From Candidatus Finniella inopinata (GTDB lineage Bacteria > Pseudomonadota > Alphaproteobacteria > Paracaedibacterales > CAITNM01), in contig CALPGA020000004.1 of the NCBI GenBank assembly GCA_943322985.2, forward strand, positions 10,686 to 74,685: 64,000 nt of DNA, read 5' to 3'. Positions 30,467 to 39,750 of this stretch are shown in pieces. Position 1 is the stretch's first letter. Every line of letters begins with the position of its first letter. The notes beneath the pieces are model-generated. The model saw only the letters and a program-made list of their open reading frames with translations. It did no database searches and was not told the DNA's origin. The position numbers and the translations under genes are program-made.

Positions 30467-31573
30467 ATGACTTGGAATTGGCAGCAACCAAACTGGCCTC
30501 AATTTACATATGATTCAGAAGCCATTAAACCCCTAGAAGCAACATTTCTAAGTGAGTCTGGTACATTGAAGGGGGCCTTAAAATATCTAAATAGCGCTGA
30601 TAAAGAACAACTTATTATTGATCACCTTGCCCAAGAAGCATTAAAAACTACTGAAATTGAGGGTGAGTATTTGAATCGAGAGAGTGTGCAATCTTCAATC
30701 AGACAACATTTTGGATTAGTAGTTGGGCCAAAGAAAGCTTCAAATCCCAAAGAACAAGGAATTGCAGACCTATTAATTAATCTTTATAGGCATTTTGATA
30801 ATTCTTTATCAAATGAAAGCTTATGGGGATGGCATAAAATGGTTTGTATGGGCTTAAGTGATATTGAAAGCGTAGGTTCATATCGTACTCATATTGAACC
30901 TATGCAAATAGTTTCAGGAATGGGATTTAAGCAAAAGGTTTATTTTGAAGCTCCACCATCAAAAAATATTTTTCAGCAGATGGAAAAATTTATTGAATGG
31001 TTTAATGCGACAACAAACTCTTTATCTGCGTTAACTCGAGCTGGCATTGCACATTTGTATTTTGTCTCAATTCATCCTTTTGAAGATGGCAACGGAAGAA
31101 TTGCCAGGGCCATTGCAGAGAAAGCATTGTCACAACACTTAGGTTCCCCCACTTTAATAGCATTATCCCACATAATATCTCTTAACCGTGCTGCTTATTA
31201 CGAGGCTCTGGAAAAAAATAACCAAACTCTAGAAATTACAGATTGGTTGATCTATTTTTCAAATACCATTTTACAGGCACAAAAATATTCTATTCGGCTC
31301 ATTGATTTTCTTATTCAAAAAACAAAATTGCTAGATATAGTCAAAGACAAATTGAAACCCAGACAGTTAAAGGTACTATTACGCATGTTTCGCGAAGGGC
31401 CAGATGGCTTTAAAGGTGGCTTAAGTGCGGATAATTACATTAATATTTCTGGTGCATCTAGGGCAACAGCAACCCGTGATCTGCAAGAATTAGTTGAGAA
31501 GAAGGCTCTTATTTCTAGTGGGCAATTAAAAGGAACCAGGTATCATTTACAACTTAGTGGGTTATCTATTTAG
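30467..31573 (+). CDS. Fic-family AMPylase-type protein (class II: N-terminal inhibitory helix, Fic core, C-terminal winged HTH)
   Basis: Fic motif HPFEDGNGRIARA. Inhibitory motif TTEIEG ([ST]xxxE[GN]) lies upstream. The C-terminal SRATATRDLQELVEKKAL...GTRYHL is wHTH-like. Confidence 0.85.
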   Translation: MTWNWQQPNWPQFTYDSEAIKPLEATFLSESGTLKGALKYLNSADKEQLIIDHLAQEALKTTEIEGEYLNRESVQSSIRQHFGLVVGPKKASNPKEQGIADLLINLYRHFDNSLSNESLWGWHKMVCMGLSDIESVGSYRTHIEPMQIVSGMGFKQKVYFEAPPSKNIFQQMEKFIEWFNATTNSLSALTRAGIAHLYFVSIHPFEDGNGRIARAIAEKALSQHLGSPTLIALSHIISLNRAAYYEALEKNNQTLEITDWLIYFSNTILQAQKYSIRLIDFLIQKTKLLDIVKDKLKPRQLKVLLRMFREGPDGFKGGLSADNYINISGASRATATRDLQELVEKKALISSGQLKGTRYHLQLSGLSI

Positions 31574-31575
31574 CA

Positions 31576-32469
31576 CTACCTTCGCTTTTTGTATTCAACC
31601 CGAAGCAGCCAGCCATAACTCAGCAAAATAACGCCTCCACCTATTAAGGTGGTTAAAGGGGGGATTTCTGCAAAAAATAGCAAGCCGGTAAAAATACTGG
31701 CTGGGAAACGCGCATACTTGAATGGTGCTAAAAAGCTAGTGTGAGCGTAAGTGTATGCTTCAATTAAACACACCTGGGTAATCACATAACTGCATCCAAT
31801 AACAGCAAGTTTAGGCGCATCATTAAACGCTGGCCAAATCCATGGAGTGTGTGCTTGGCTTAATAAAGCAAAGAATGCCATGAACACCAAAAGGTAAATA
31901 AGGGTGGTTTGCGAAGAATCATCCTGGCTTAAACGCTTTACAAATAATGACGATGCCGAAAAAAACACAGCCGACAAAAGTGGCAAAAACGCATAATAGC
32001 TAAAAATTTTCTGGCTTGGGTGCAAAATTAATAACACGCCAGTAAAACCGACAATAATGGCAATCCACGCTTTTCGGTGAAATTTTTCTTTGAAAAATAA
32101 CATGCCACCTAGACTGGTGAAAAACGCACTGGTAATTGATAAAGCGGATGATTCTGCCAAAGGCAAACATTGCACAGCACTAATCCACGCCCAACTTCCC
32201 AACGCTCCACAGGTTCCTTTTAAGCAGTGAATTTGTAAAATTGCAGTTTTAAAAAACGAGAAAAACCTCTGTCTGTACACAACCAACAGTAGGCAGAGCC
32301 CCATTAGGCATTTGAAAAACAAAATTTCCATTGGGGGTAGATTTTTTGAAATGCTATGGGTGGTACCATTGGTAGTGGCCGAAGCAGCCGTGGATAATAC
32401 AATTAATAATCCGCCATAGACATTATCAGAAAAGAATTTTCGACAAAAACTGTGGAAAGTATTATTCAT
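31576..32469 (-). CDS. EamA/DMT-family transporter
   Basis: About 10 TM segments arranged as two EamA-like halves. Confidence 0.65.
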   Translation of the reverse strand: MNNTFHSFCRKFFSDNVYGGLLIVLSTAASATTNGTTHSISKNLPPMEILFFKCLMGLCLLLVVYRQRFFSFFKTAILQIHCLKGTCGALGSWAWISAVQCLPLAESSALSITSAFFTSLGGMLFFKEKFHRKAWIAIIVGFTGVLLILHPSQKIFSYYAFLPLLSAVFFSASSLFVKRLSQDDSSQTTLIYLLVFMAFFALLSQAHTPWIWPAFNDAPKLAVIGCSYVITQVCLIEAYTYAHTSFLAPFKYARFPASIFTGLLFFAEIPPLTTLIGGGVILLSYGWLLRVEYKKRR

Positions 32470-33625
32470 TTACTTTTGATAATTTATAAAAATAAATTCC
32501 AGCAAGGCTTGTGAAAATTAACCCACCGTAAAAAGCCCCGCCTGCTATATGCTCTGCCAAAAATCCTGCAATCGTATTTCCAATTAGTACAGCCACTGCT
32601 GTTACAAGGTAATACATGGCAAATGCAGTTCCGCGCAAATGGGGTAGGGTGTTTTCAGCAATCAGGGTTGAAAGCATTCCATGGGTCATTCCCATATGCA
32701 AGCCGCACAGCATAAATCCAGCAATAATCCACCACTTATTTGGCGCAACAATCATAATGACATTCGCAACTACCAGCACCAATAATCCAAAGAACAAAAC
32801 GCGTATACGACTAGTGCGATCTGCTATTTTGCCTACAGGCCATGCTGTGTTGGCACATACTATGTTGTAACAGACAAACAGCAGCGGAATAAGGGCCACT
32901 GACCATCCGAAATCTTTCGCGCGTATATTTAGAAAAGCTTCACTAAAACGTGCCTGCATTAAAATAAAAATGCCTCCTAAAATTTGCCAATAGCGTTTGG
33001 GCAAATGACGCACTTCTGACCAATGCCAGGCAGCTTGTTCTTTAATAGCTTTATTATCGTGCACAAATTTGTAAAGCACGATCAGCGCGAAAATTCCAGG
33101 AATTATAGAGCACCAAAATACAATGCGGTAGCTTTCAGTTAGGGCGTACAAGCCAGAAGCTAAAGCACCACCAACCACAAGCCCAGTTGTTTCCATGCTG
33201 TAACGCATGCCATATGAAGTTCCTTGGCGTGATTTTGGGCTAATGTCGGCAATTAATGCATCAGACGGTGCTGATCTAACGCCCTTGCTAATACGGTCAA
33301 GTGCTCGCGCCCAAAAGATAGACCAAACACCCGAAGACAATGCAAATAGTGGCTTTACCAGTATGGTGCCAATGGTGCCGGTAATAATAAGAGAGCGCCT
33401 GGTCTTGAAAACGTCGCTAAGAACTCCTGAAAAAACCTTGCTCATAAACGCCATGAATATGGCGATTCCTTCAATGAATCCTAAAGTTGTTTTAGAAACA
33501 TGAAGTTCTTCAGTTAAAAAAAATGGAAGCAGTGAAAACACCATTAAAGATGCCATGCTCCATAAAAATGTAACCCAGCATATAGCCCATAGAGCTTTTT
33601 TTTCTTCACAAGGGAGAGTTTGCAA
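32462..33625 (-). CDS. MFS transporter
   Basis: About 12 TM segments with the loop 2-3 type motif ARALDRISKGVRSAPSDALIAD. Confidence 0.7.
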   Translation of the reverse strand: MQTLPCEEKKALWAICWVTFLWSMASLMVFSLLPFFLTEELHVSKTTLGFIEGIAIFMAFMSKVFSGVLSDVFKTRRSLIITGTIGTILVKPLFALSSGVWSIFWARALDRISKGVRSAPSDALIADISPKSRQGTSYGMRYSMETTGLVVGGALASGLYALTESYRIVFWCSIIPGIFALIVLYKFVHDNKAIKEQAAWHWSEVRHLPKRYWQILGGIFILMQARFSEAFLNIRAKDFGWSVALIPLLFVCYNIVCANTAWPVGKIADRTSRIRVLFFGLLVLVVANVIMIVAPNKWWIIAGFMLCGLHMGMTHGMLSTLIAENTLPHLRGTAFAMYYLVTAVAVLIGNTIAGFLAEHIAGGAFYGGLIFTSLAGIYFYKLSKVNE

Positions 33626-33709
33626 CTGCTGCCTCAGTACTTAATTTCTCCACATCATAAGGGATTTGTTGATGTTTGGCAAAATATCATCTGTCTATTC
33701 GTGTGCCTT

Positions 33710-34486
33710 TTAGAGAAACGAGCCTGCGCGAGAACGTGAGGGAGTGGGAAGTTTGTATAGCTCTAGGCAGGTAAATAATAACTCAAAACACTCATTCGTA
33801 GTTGGATCAATATCATCTAATTCGTTGATGTCTGCTTTTTCGTCTTCTTTGGTATCCTCTTTTTCATCTCTATTTTTTCTAAGCAAAAAGACTTCTTGCA
33901 TAGCAATTTCTATATCTCTTAAATCTAAGTTGTCACTTGTTGATTCAAGTAGATCTATGAAACTGATTCGAGTAGCATTACTAGCTGATTCATTAATGCT
34001 TGCAGGTACATACCCATCAAGCAGGTCTATGATCATAGAAGTGTAATTAGCTAATTTCTGCTTTCTCTCTGCTTCAAATTCATTAATCCACGTAATAATT
34101 TTTTGTGCATCAGCATATGCTGATGCATATTTAGGAGGCTTAATGTGGCTTTTTATTTCAATAGAGAATGAAGGATCGCTCAAAGTTGCACTTTTTAGCA
34201 CATCAAAAAGCTCTTCTTTTAACTCATTTTCTAATTTATTAGTCTCAGTCGTTTTTGATTTTTTGACTCTTTGTTTGAAGTCATCGATAAAAGTCCCATA
34301 AAAATCCCATCTATGAATTATGTATATTGGCTTTGTTTTTTGAGGTCCCGATACAGATGATGACGATATAGTTCTTGATCTTGCTGAGGCAGGGCTTCCT
34401 GGGTCGGCAACTTCTTTGGGGGGTTCTGCTGTCGCTTCTAAATACCCAATCAATAATCCGCTTAACACCACAATTATATTTTTCAT
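33710..34486 (-). CDS. Secreted hypothetical protein (258 aa; Ser-rich N-terminal region, acidic C-terminal region)
   Basis: Signal peptide MKNIIVVLSGLLIGYLEATA. No recognisable domain. Confidence 0.5.
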   Translation of the reverse strand: MKNIIVVLSGLLIGYLEATAEPPKEVADPGSPASARSRTISSSSVSGPQKTKPIYIIHRWDFYGTFIDDFKQRVKKSKTTETNKLENELKEELFDVLKSATLSDPSFSIEIKSHIKPPKYASAYADAQKIITWINEFEAERKQKLANYTSMIIDLLDGYVPASINESASNATRISFIDLLESTSDNLDLRDIEIAMQEVFLLRKNRDEKEDTKEDEKADINELDDIDPTTNECFELLFTCLELYKLPTPSRSRAGSFL

Positions 34487-34502
34487 TCACCCTATCTCTA
34501 AT

Positions 34503-35375
34503 TTATAAACTTGGCGTTTCTTTACGCGTTGCTATCAAAATATTGGTTGGAACTTTCTTACAACCATAACCAAAACAAATATCCAAAACAGGTTTTTTTA
34601 ACTCTTCACTGTATTTTCTGAAATCTTGTTGTTCAAATCCACCTGGGAATTTATATGGCATTAAATATTGGCCATGCAGGTCTAAACTAAAACGATCTTT
34701 CAAATAATCATATGGAATACCGGTGCTATCTTGCACGAAAGTTTTTGCATTTTCCAACATGAAATTTCTAAACATTGAAAATGGTTTTTGGTGTGGTAAG
34801 TATGATGCAGCCTTAAAAAGAACAACATCAAATGGTTTTAATGTTTCCAAAAATTCAAGATTAATTTGTTCGTTGTTAAGTCCCGCTTTGTAATACCTAA
34901 TCATTCTTGGTTTACTATTGTAAATGAATTTTATCTCAACAGCGTTTGTTCTGCCTTCAATTGGTTGAACAGTAACGTCAGTAGCTTCAAGATTTTCAAG
35001 CTGTTTTAAGATAAGGTCAGCTACATTTCGAAGTCCTGCTGCCATATCGATTGTTCTGAAAAAACTGCTTCTATATAGCGATGATAAATTATTAAGCGCT
35101 TTGTTATCTAGCTCTACTGGAGCATCCACTGGTTTTGCTGGTTCAAGCCCCATTAATGTTAGCACTTCAAAATTAGGGAACATCAGAAGTGGATAGGTGA
35201 TATCAGGCCCACCAAAAGGGTAAAAAACATGCGCCCCAACATTTTTCAGATTTTGGTTTCCAAAATCAACCAACGCTTGTTGCTGTTTATCTTTAAACCT
35301 ATCAAACAAAGGTCCAGCAAATGCCGAACTCATGCAAATAAAACATACCCATAATAAAAAATATTTTAGCTTCAT
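34503..35375 (-). CDS. Secreted hypothetical protein (290 aa)
   Basis: Signal peptide MKLKYFLLWVCFICMSSAFA. Contains a conserved-looking YPFGGPDITYP segment. Function unknown. Confidence 0.55.
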   Translation of the reverse strand: MKLKYFLLWVCFICMSSAFAGPLFDRFKDKQQQALVDFGNQNLKNVGAHVFYPFGGPDITYPLLMFPNFEVLTLMGLEPAKPVDAPVELDNKALNNLSSLYRSSFFRTIDMAAGLRNVADLILKQLENLEATDVTVQPIEGRTNAVEIKFIYNSKPRMIRYYKAGLNNEQINLEFLETLKPFDVVLFKAASYLPHQKPFSMFRNFMLENAKTFVQDSTGIPYDYLKDRFSLDLHGQYLMPYKFPGGFEQQDFRKYSEELKKPVLDICFGYGCKKVPTNILIATRKETPSL

Positions 35376-35512
35376 AAACGTTATTTCAAAATTTTCCTTA
35401 TTTTATTTTAATCTTTAAAGAGTTAAGAACCTTTTAACAGAAATAGCACAAACTCTTACTTTATTCGCGTTCTTGAATTTATGGCAAATTTGTGGCTTAT
35501 TTGCAATCACAA

Positions 35513-35602
35513 GGAGAGGTGCCAGAGTGGTTGAATGGGACGGTCTCGAAAACCGTTGTGCGCTCACGCGTTCCGTGGGTTCGAATCCCACTCTCTCCGC
35601 CA
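35513..35602 (+). tRNA. tRNA-Ser (anticodon CGA), long variable arm
   Basis: Manual cloverleaf: GGAGAGG acceptor, anticodon stem ACGGT/ACCGT with loop CTCGAAA, variable arm GTGCGCTCACGCGTTC, T-loop TTCGAAT, CCA encoded. Confidence 0.9.
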
Positions 35603-35638
35603 ATGTAACTTTTGTAGCTAAGTAGTGCCAATGTTTAA

Positions 35639-36379
35639 ATGAATTTATTTGCAGAAAACTTTCCTTCTAAACACTCAGATAATCTGGAAAGCGCCTTCGA
35701 CGTAGTTGATGGTTCTCTTGATTTGCGAACGTATTTTGATATTATCCCCAGTTATCCGCATATTCCACGATCTAATTTGAATCCTTGGCAAGAACCAGAT
35801 ATCAATTTTTCTCATAGACTGAGCATGATTCACCTGAGGACGAGAGATTTTTCAACGATCGATCAACTTCAGGAATTTTTAGAACAACAACCAAACAAGA
35901 CAGGAAAAAATTCATATGGTCTTCTTGTTTTTGGAGATCTAGTTGAAGACGCAGTTGCATCTGAGGTTCAGCCTAGAGAAGCTATTGCAATAGCTAAAAA
36001 GTATTTTTCGAAAGTTGGAGTTGTTGTCAATCCAACTCCAATCATCAGAGATTCAAAGGCAGAACAAGAAAGTTTTGCCTTAAAACTTAAAGAATCACCT
36101 GATTTTGTTGTGACTCAGTGTGTTTATGATGTTGAGGCAGTCCAAGAATTTTTTAAAATAGCTGGTGTTAATCTCAATGAAATTTGTATGAGCTTTGGAT
36201 ACTGGAACAGCAATTTGCCTCAGCTTAAACTCGGTATATCTAATCCCAACAAGCTAATTCTACCACCACAACAACTTATGGACCTTGCGATTAACCAGTG
36301 CCAAGGAATCTATTTTTGTGGCAATGCTCCTGGCGCAGAAACATTATTACAGAAACAAATAGAACATTCCTTAAAGTAG
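35639..36379 (+). CDS. Hypothetical protein; possibly a divergent methylenetetrahydrofolate reductase (MetF)-like fold
   Basis: Only weak resemblance by eye: DFVVTQCVYDVEAVQEFF against the MetF ADFxITQxFFD segment. Confidence 0.3.
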   Translation: MNLFAENFPSKHSDNLESAFDVVDGSLDLRTYFDIIPSYPHIPRSNLNPWQEPDINFSHRLSMIHLRTRDFSTIDQLQEFLEQQPNKTGKNSYGLLVFGDLVEDAVASEVQPREAIAIAKKYFSKVGVVVNPTPIIRDSKAEQESFALKLKESPDFVVTQCVYDVEAVQEFFKIAGVNLNEICMSFGYWNSNLPQLKLGISNPNKLILPPQQLMDLAINQCQGIYFCGNAPGAETLLQKQIEHSLK

Positions 36380-36483
36380 ATTTTTTCATATTTAACTAGC
36401 TGGTAATAGTATCGGCGAATATAATTCCCAATTTTTTCGGTAGTTGTGTTATATTTGGGAACTTTTAACAAGTTGCTACAGAA

Positions 36484-37746
36484 ATGTCATCTTTGAATCA
36501 GGTCATTACGCTTGGCTGTCGCTTAAATACATACGAATCAAAAGTCATTCAAGACTTAGCTGCTCAGGCCGGGGTGGCTAATACTGTATTCATTAATACC
36601 TGTGCCGTAACAGCAGAGGCTGAACGTCAAGCACGCCAAACAATTCGTAAAATGTACCGAGCAAATCCTGATGTGAAAATTGTTGTGACAGGGTGTAGTG
36701 CTCAGATTAATCCTGCTCAATATCAGCAAATGCCTGAAGTTTCTAAGGTTATCGGCAACGAAGAAAAAATGCAGCTAAACACGTACATGAATTTGCACAG
36801 TGCTGACAAAGTTGTTGTTAGCGACATTATGGAAGTTAAAGAAACTGCTGCTCATTTGGTATCAGGGTTTGATGGTAAAGCACGCGCCTTTGTGCAAGTG
36901 CAAAATGGCTGTGATCATCGTTGCACATTCTGCACTATTCCCTATGGTCGTGGAAACTCTAGAAGTGTTGCTATTGGCGAAATTGTTGCACAAATCCGTA
37001 GCCTTTTGGAAAATGGCTATCAAGAAATTGTCTTCACGGGGGTTGATATCACCGCTTATGGTGCTGATCTGCCTGGGCAGCCAACTCTTGGTCAAATGAT
37101 TCGTCGCGTTCTGGCACTTATTCCTGAATTAAAACGTCTTCGCTTATCTTCCCTTGATCCTGTGGAAATTGATGAAGACCTATGGCGACTAATAGGTGAT
37201 GAGCCAAAACTTATGCCGCATTTACACCTTAGCTTACAAGCTGGTGATAACATGATTTTAAAACGCATGAAGCGTCGCCATTTGCGTGAAGATGCTATTG
37301 CCTTTAGCAACCGTGCAAAAATGCTGCGTCCGGATGTTGTATTTGGCGCCGATTTAATTGCAGGTTTTCCTACGGAGACTGATGAAATGTTTGAAAATTC
37401 ACTCCGCATCGTTGATGAGTGTGATTTAACCTATCTTCATGTGTTTCCTTATTCGCCTCGTCCTGGAACCCCTGCAGCGCGCATGCCGCAGCTACCAGGA
37501 GGTATTATTAAAGAACGAGCGCGTCAACTGCGCGACCAAGGTGATATAGCGGTAAATCGCACTTTTGGACGGTTTACTGGTCAAACCTTGAACGTGCTGG
37601 TTGAAGAATCAGAGAATGGCACCATAAAAGGTAAAACTGATCATTTTGCCCCTATTCAAATTCCAGGGGCAGCTAGCATTTCATCTGTAATTTCCGTTAA
37701 AATTATTCAAAATACAAATCAACATCTTATCGGACAACTACTGTGA
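36484..37746 (+). CDS. mtaB: tRNA (t6A37) methylthiotransferase MtaB (MiaB-like radical SAM)
   Basis: UPF0004 N-domain GCRLNTYES...NTCAVT, radical SAM motif CDHRCTFCTIP, and a C-terminal TRAM-like region. Confidence 0.8.
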   Translation: MSSLNQVITLGCRLNTYESKVIQDLAAQAGVANTVFINTCAVTAEAERQARQTIRKMYRANPDVKIVVTGCSAQINPAQYQQMPEVSKVIGNEEKMQLNTYMNLHSADKVVVSDIMEVKETAAHLVSGFDGKARAFVQVQNGCDHRCTFCTIPYGRGNSRSVAIGEIVAQIRSLLENGYQEIVFTGVDITAYGADLPGQPTLGQMIRRVLALIPELKRLRLSSLDPVEIDEDLWRLIGDEPKLMPHLHLSLQAGDNMILKRMKRRHLREDAIAFSNRAKMLRPDVVFGADLIAGFPTETDEMFENSLRIVDECDLTYLHVFPYSPRPGTPAARMPQLPGGIIKERARQLRDQGDIAVNRTFGRFTGQTLNVLVEESENGTIKGKTDHFAPIQIPGAASISSVISVKIIQNTNQHLIGQLL

Positions 37747-38648
37747 GCATTTGGCAAAAACTAAAATCTGGCCTTTCAAAGACTTCTCAAAGCATTACAC
37801 AAGGAATCACATCTGTATTTTTGCATCGAAAGCTAGATGAAGACATCTTAGACGCTTTTGAAGAAATGCTTATTGCCGCTGACCTAGGTGTACAAACTGC
37901 TGCTGAGCTTCGTGATCTGCTGAAGAAACAACGTATGCACCAAGAAATTTCAGAGCCAGAAATCAAGGAATGGCTGGCAACAGAAATTGCTAAAATTCTA
38001 GAACCTGTTGCAGTTCCTTTGCGCATTACCAACAAGCCACACGTTATTCTAATGATCGGGGTGAATGGAGCGGGGAAAACTACCACTATTGCTAAATTAA
38101 GCCAACAGTGGATTGGTGAAGGAAAAAAAGTAATTTGGGCAGCTGGTGATACGTTTCGTTCGGCAGCAGTTGAACAACTACAAGTGTGGGGGAAGCGCTT
38201 GGGAATTGAAGTATGCACCACAAAGCCAGGTGGTGATGCTGCAGGTTTAGCATTTGACGCTTATCAAAAAGCAATTCAAAGCAATGCTAACGTTTTATGT
38301 ATTGATACTGCAGGTAGACTACAAAACAAAAAACACTTAATGGACGAACTAGAAAAAATTGTTCGAGTGCTCAAAAAAGCAGAGTTATCTGCTCCACATA
38401 CAGTTTTACTAGTGCTAGATGCTACAACCGGCAAAAATGCGATAGACCAGGTGAAAACTTTTCAAGAGCTTATAGGCATTGACGGTTTAGTTGTTACCAA
38501 GCTAGATGGTACCGCCAAAGGTGGTGTTGTTGTTGCATTATCAAAACAATTTACCATTCCAATTGTTGCACTCGGCGTTGGTGAAGGCGCTGATGACCTA
38601 AAACCCTTCAATGCCCAAGACTTTTCGAAAGCTCTTGTCGGGGGATAA
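37743..38648 (+). CDS. ftsY: Signal recognition particle receptor FtsY (NG domain only)
   Basis: GVNGAGKTTTIAKL, DTAGRL and TKLDGTAKGG motifs. The GTG start overlaps the mtaB stop (GTGA). Confidence 0.9.
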   Translation: MSIWQKLKSGLSKTSQSITQGITSVFLHRKLDEDILDAFEEMLIAADLGVQTAAELRDLLKKQRMHQEISEPEIKEWLATEIAKILEPVAVPLRITNKPHVILMIGVNGAGKTTTIAKLSQQWIGEGKKVIWAAGDTFRSAAVEQLQVWGKRLGIEVCTTKPGGDAAGLAFDAYQKAIQSNANVLCIDTAGRLQNKKHLMDELEKIVRVLKKAELSAPHTVLLVLDATTGKNAIDQVKTFQELIGIDGLVVTKLDGTAKGGVVVALSKQFTIPIVALGVGEGADDLKPFNAQDFSKALVGG

Positions 38649-38846
38649 GTCAATGGACTCACTCTGTTGTTTCAATTTCTTTACTGCTTCTAGCATGGTA
38701 TATGCAATCAAATCAGGGTTGAAATTGAAATCCTCTGCTAGAATTGCTCTTGTTACACTGTGCTTGTGGATTTGACTCTCTAGCATTGCTTCTGAATCGT
38801 TAACATATTTTACCAGTCTGATAGAATTATTACTTTTCATAACCAT
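38598..38846 (-). CDS. Small hypothetical protein (~82 aa); its 3' end overlaps the 3' end of ftsY convergently by 51 nt
   Basis: The ORF has the SD-like sequence gggga upstream of ATG 38846 and a good promoter-like element at 38903-38930. No recognisable domain. Confidence 0.35.
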   Translation of the reverse strand: MVMKSNNSIRLVKYVNDSEAMLESQIHKHSVTRAILAEDFNFNPDLIAYTMLEAVKKLKQQSESIDLSPDKSFRKVLGIEGF

Positions 38847-38902
38847 TCTCCCCATTCTAATATTTTCTTATATTGCTTTAATCTATATAAAACGCCTTAG
38901 GG

Positions 38903-38930
38903 TATATAGTTTTTTTACTTAAAAAGTCAA
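38903..38930 (-). promoter_or_regulatory. Candidate sigma70-type promoter for the small ORF at 38598-38846
   Basis: On the minus strand: TTGACT (38930-38925), a 16-nt spacer, then TATATA (38908-38903). Confidence 0.35.
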
Positions 38931-38975
38931 TAGCTAGAGGTATAATTTTTTTTGACTGCTCCTTAGTTGAATATT

Positions 38976-39020
38976 TTATCTAAACGGACACTCATCAAAA
39001 CCTCGCAGTTTTCTGGAATA
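38976..39020 (-). repeat. Third, diverged copy of the amn 3' end (15 codons including the stop), located just downstream of the LAS-peptidase gene
   Basis: On the minus strand it reads tat tcc aga aaa ctg cga ggt ttt gat gag tgt ccg ttt aga taa = YSRKLRGFDECPFR*. Over the shared SRKLRGFDECPFR* codons there are five nucleotide differences from the real amn end, all synonymous. Confidence 0.85.
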
Positions 39021-39039
39021 TAAGGTGCTGTGAATGAAT

Positions 39040-39750
39040 CTATTTAATTATCTCAAACTCTACATGATAATGAGAATCATGAGGGAACCAGGCTTTCTGC
39101 GATGCAAAAGGAATGCTATTTAATTTTTGATGAAGATCAGTTTTTCTGAGCAACCTTAATAAAGCTGGGTCAAATATTACAATTTTTATTTTTAAAGAAA
39201 AAAGTTTACATGTTTCTTGTAAGGCTTTTAAATGTTCAATAATTGCTTCAAAACTTATTGAATACTGATCATGAACACCATTTTCATTAAACCTTACGTA
39301 GTATCCCCAACCATTCAGAGCCCACAACCACATAGTTGCTGGATTGTTTTCCTTTTTTACTGGAACCATAAAGTCAACATATAGGCCATTTTTATGGGTT
39401 TTATGAGGCCAAAAATTTCCACCGTTTTTCCATCCTGTTTCTCCATAAACGTAAATAATATTAGGTTGAGTTGTTTCTAAAATTTTGTAGGATTTAATTA
39501 TTGCATCACGCACTCTTTCGTGTACGTGAGTACGGCCTATGGCTGACAAAAATCTAGAATATGTTTGGTAGTTTTTTCCTTCAGTTGGTAGCCTTTTTGC
39601 GTTCTGAATAGTTAAAGATTTTTTGCCATCTATGACTATTTTACTAGGTAAATTGTTTTCTAATTGTCTTAACCAGTCGTTGCCATTGTAAATAAAAATT
39701 AAAAATAAAATTATTGTAAAAAAAGAAATTTTACCTAAACGGACACTCAT
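39040..39750 (-). CDS. LAS-family zinc metallopeptidase (MepA / M74-like murein endopeptidase-like), secreted
   Basis: N-terminal hydrophobic signal/anchor GKISFFTIILFLIFIY. Metal motifs HKNGLYVD (Hx6D) and HDSHYHVEF (HxH). Confidence 0.55.
   Translation of the reverse strand: MSVRLGKISFFTIILFLIFIYNGNDWLRQLENNLPSKIVIDGKKSLTIQNAKRLPTEGKNYQTYSRFLSAIGRTHVHERVRDAIIKSYKILETTQPNIIYVYGETGWKNGGNFWPHKTHKNGLYVDFMVPVKKENNPATMWLWALNGWGYYVRFNENGVHDQYSISFEAIIEHLKALQETCKLFSLKIKIVIFDPALLRLLRKTDLHQKLNSIPFASQKAWFPHDSHYHVEFEIIK

Noticed and set aside
35415-35603. 62-aa minus-strand ORF
   Set aside because: It overlaps tRNA-Ser(CGA) completely, so it is an artefact of the tRNA sequence.
37787-38221. 144-aa ORF antisense to ftsY, and similar long antisense ORFs at 3702-4046, 12745-13155, 44842-45201, 1411-1797, 37092-37409 and 48893-49420
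   Set aside because: All lie entirely inside well-supported genes on the opposite strand. They have no recognisable motifs and are explained by the codon bias of the sense genes.
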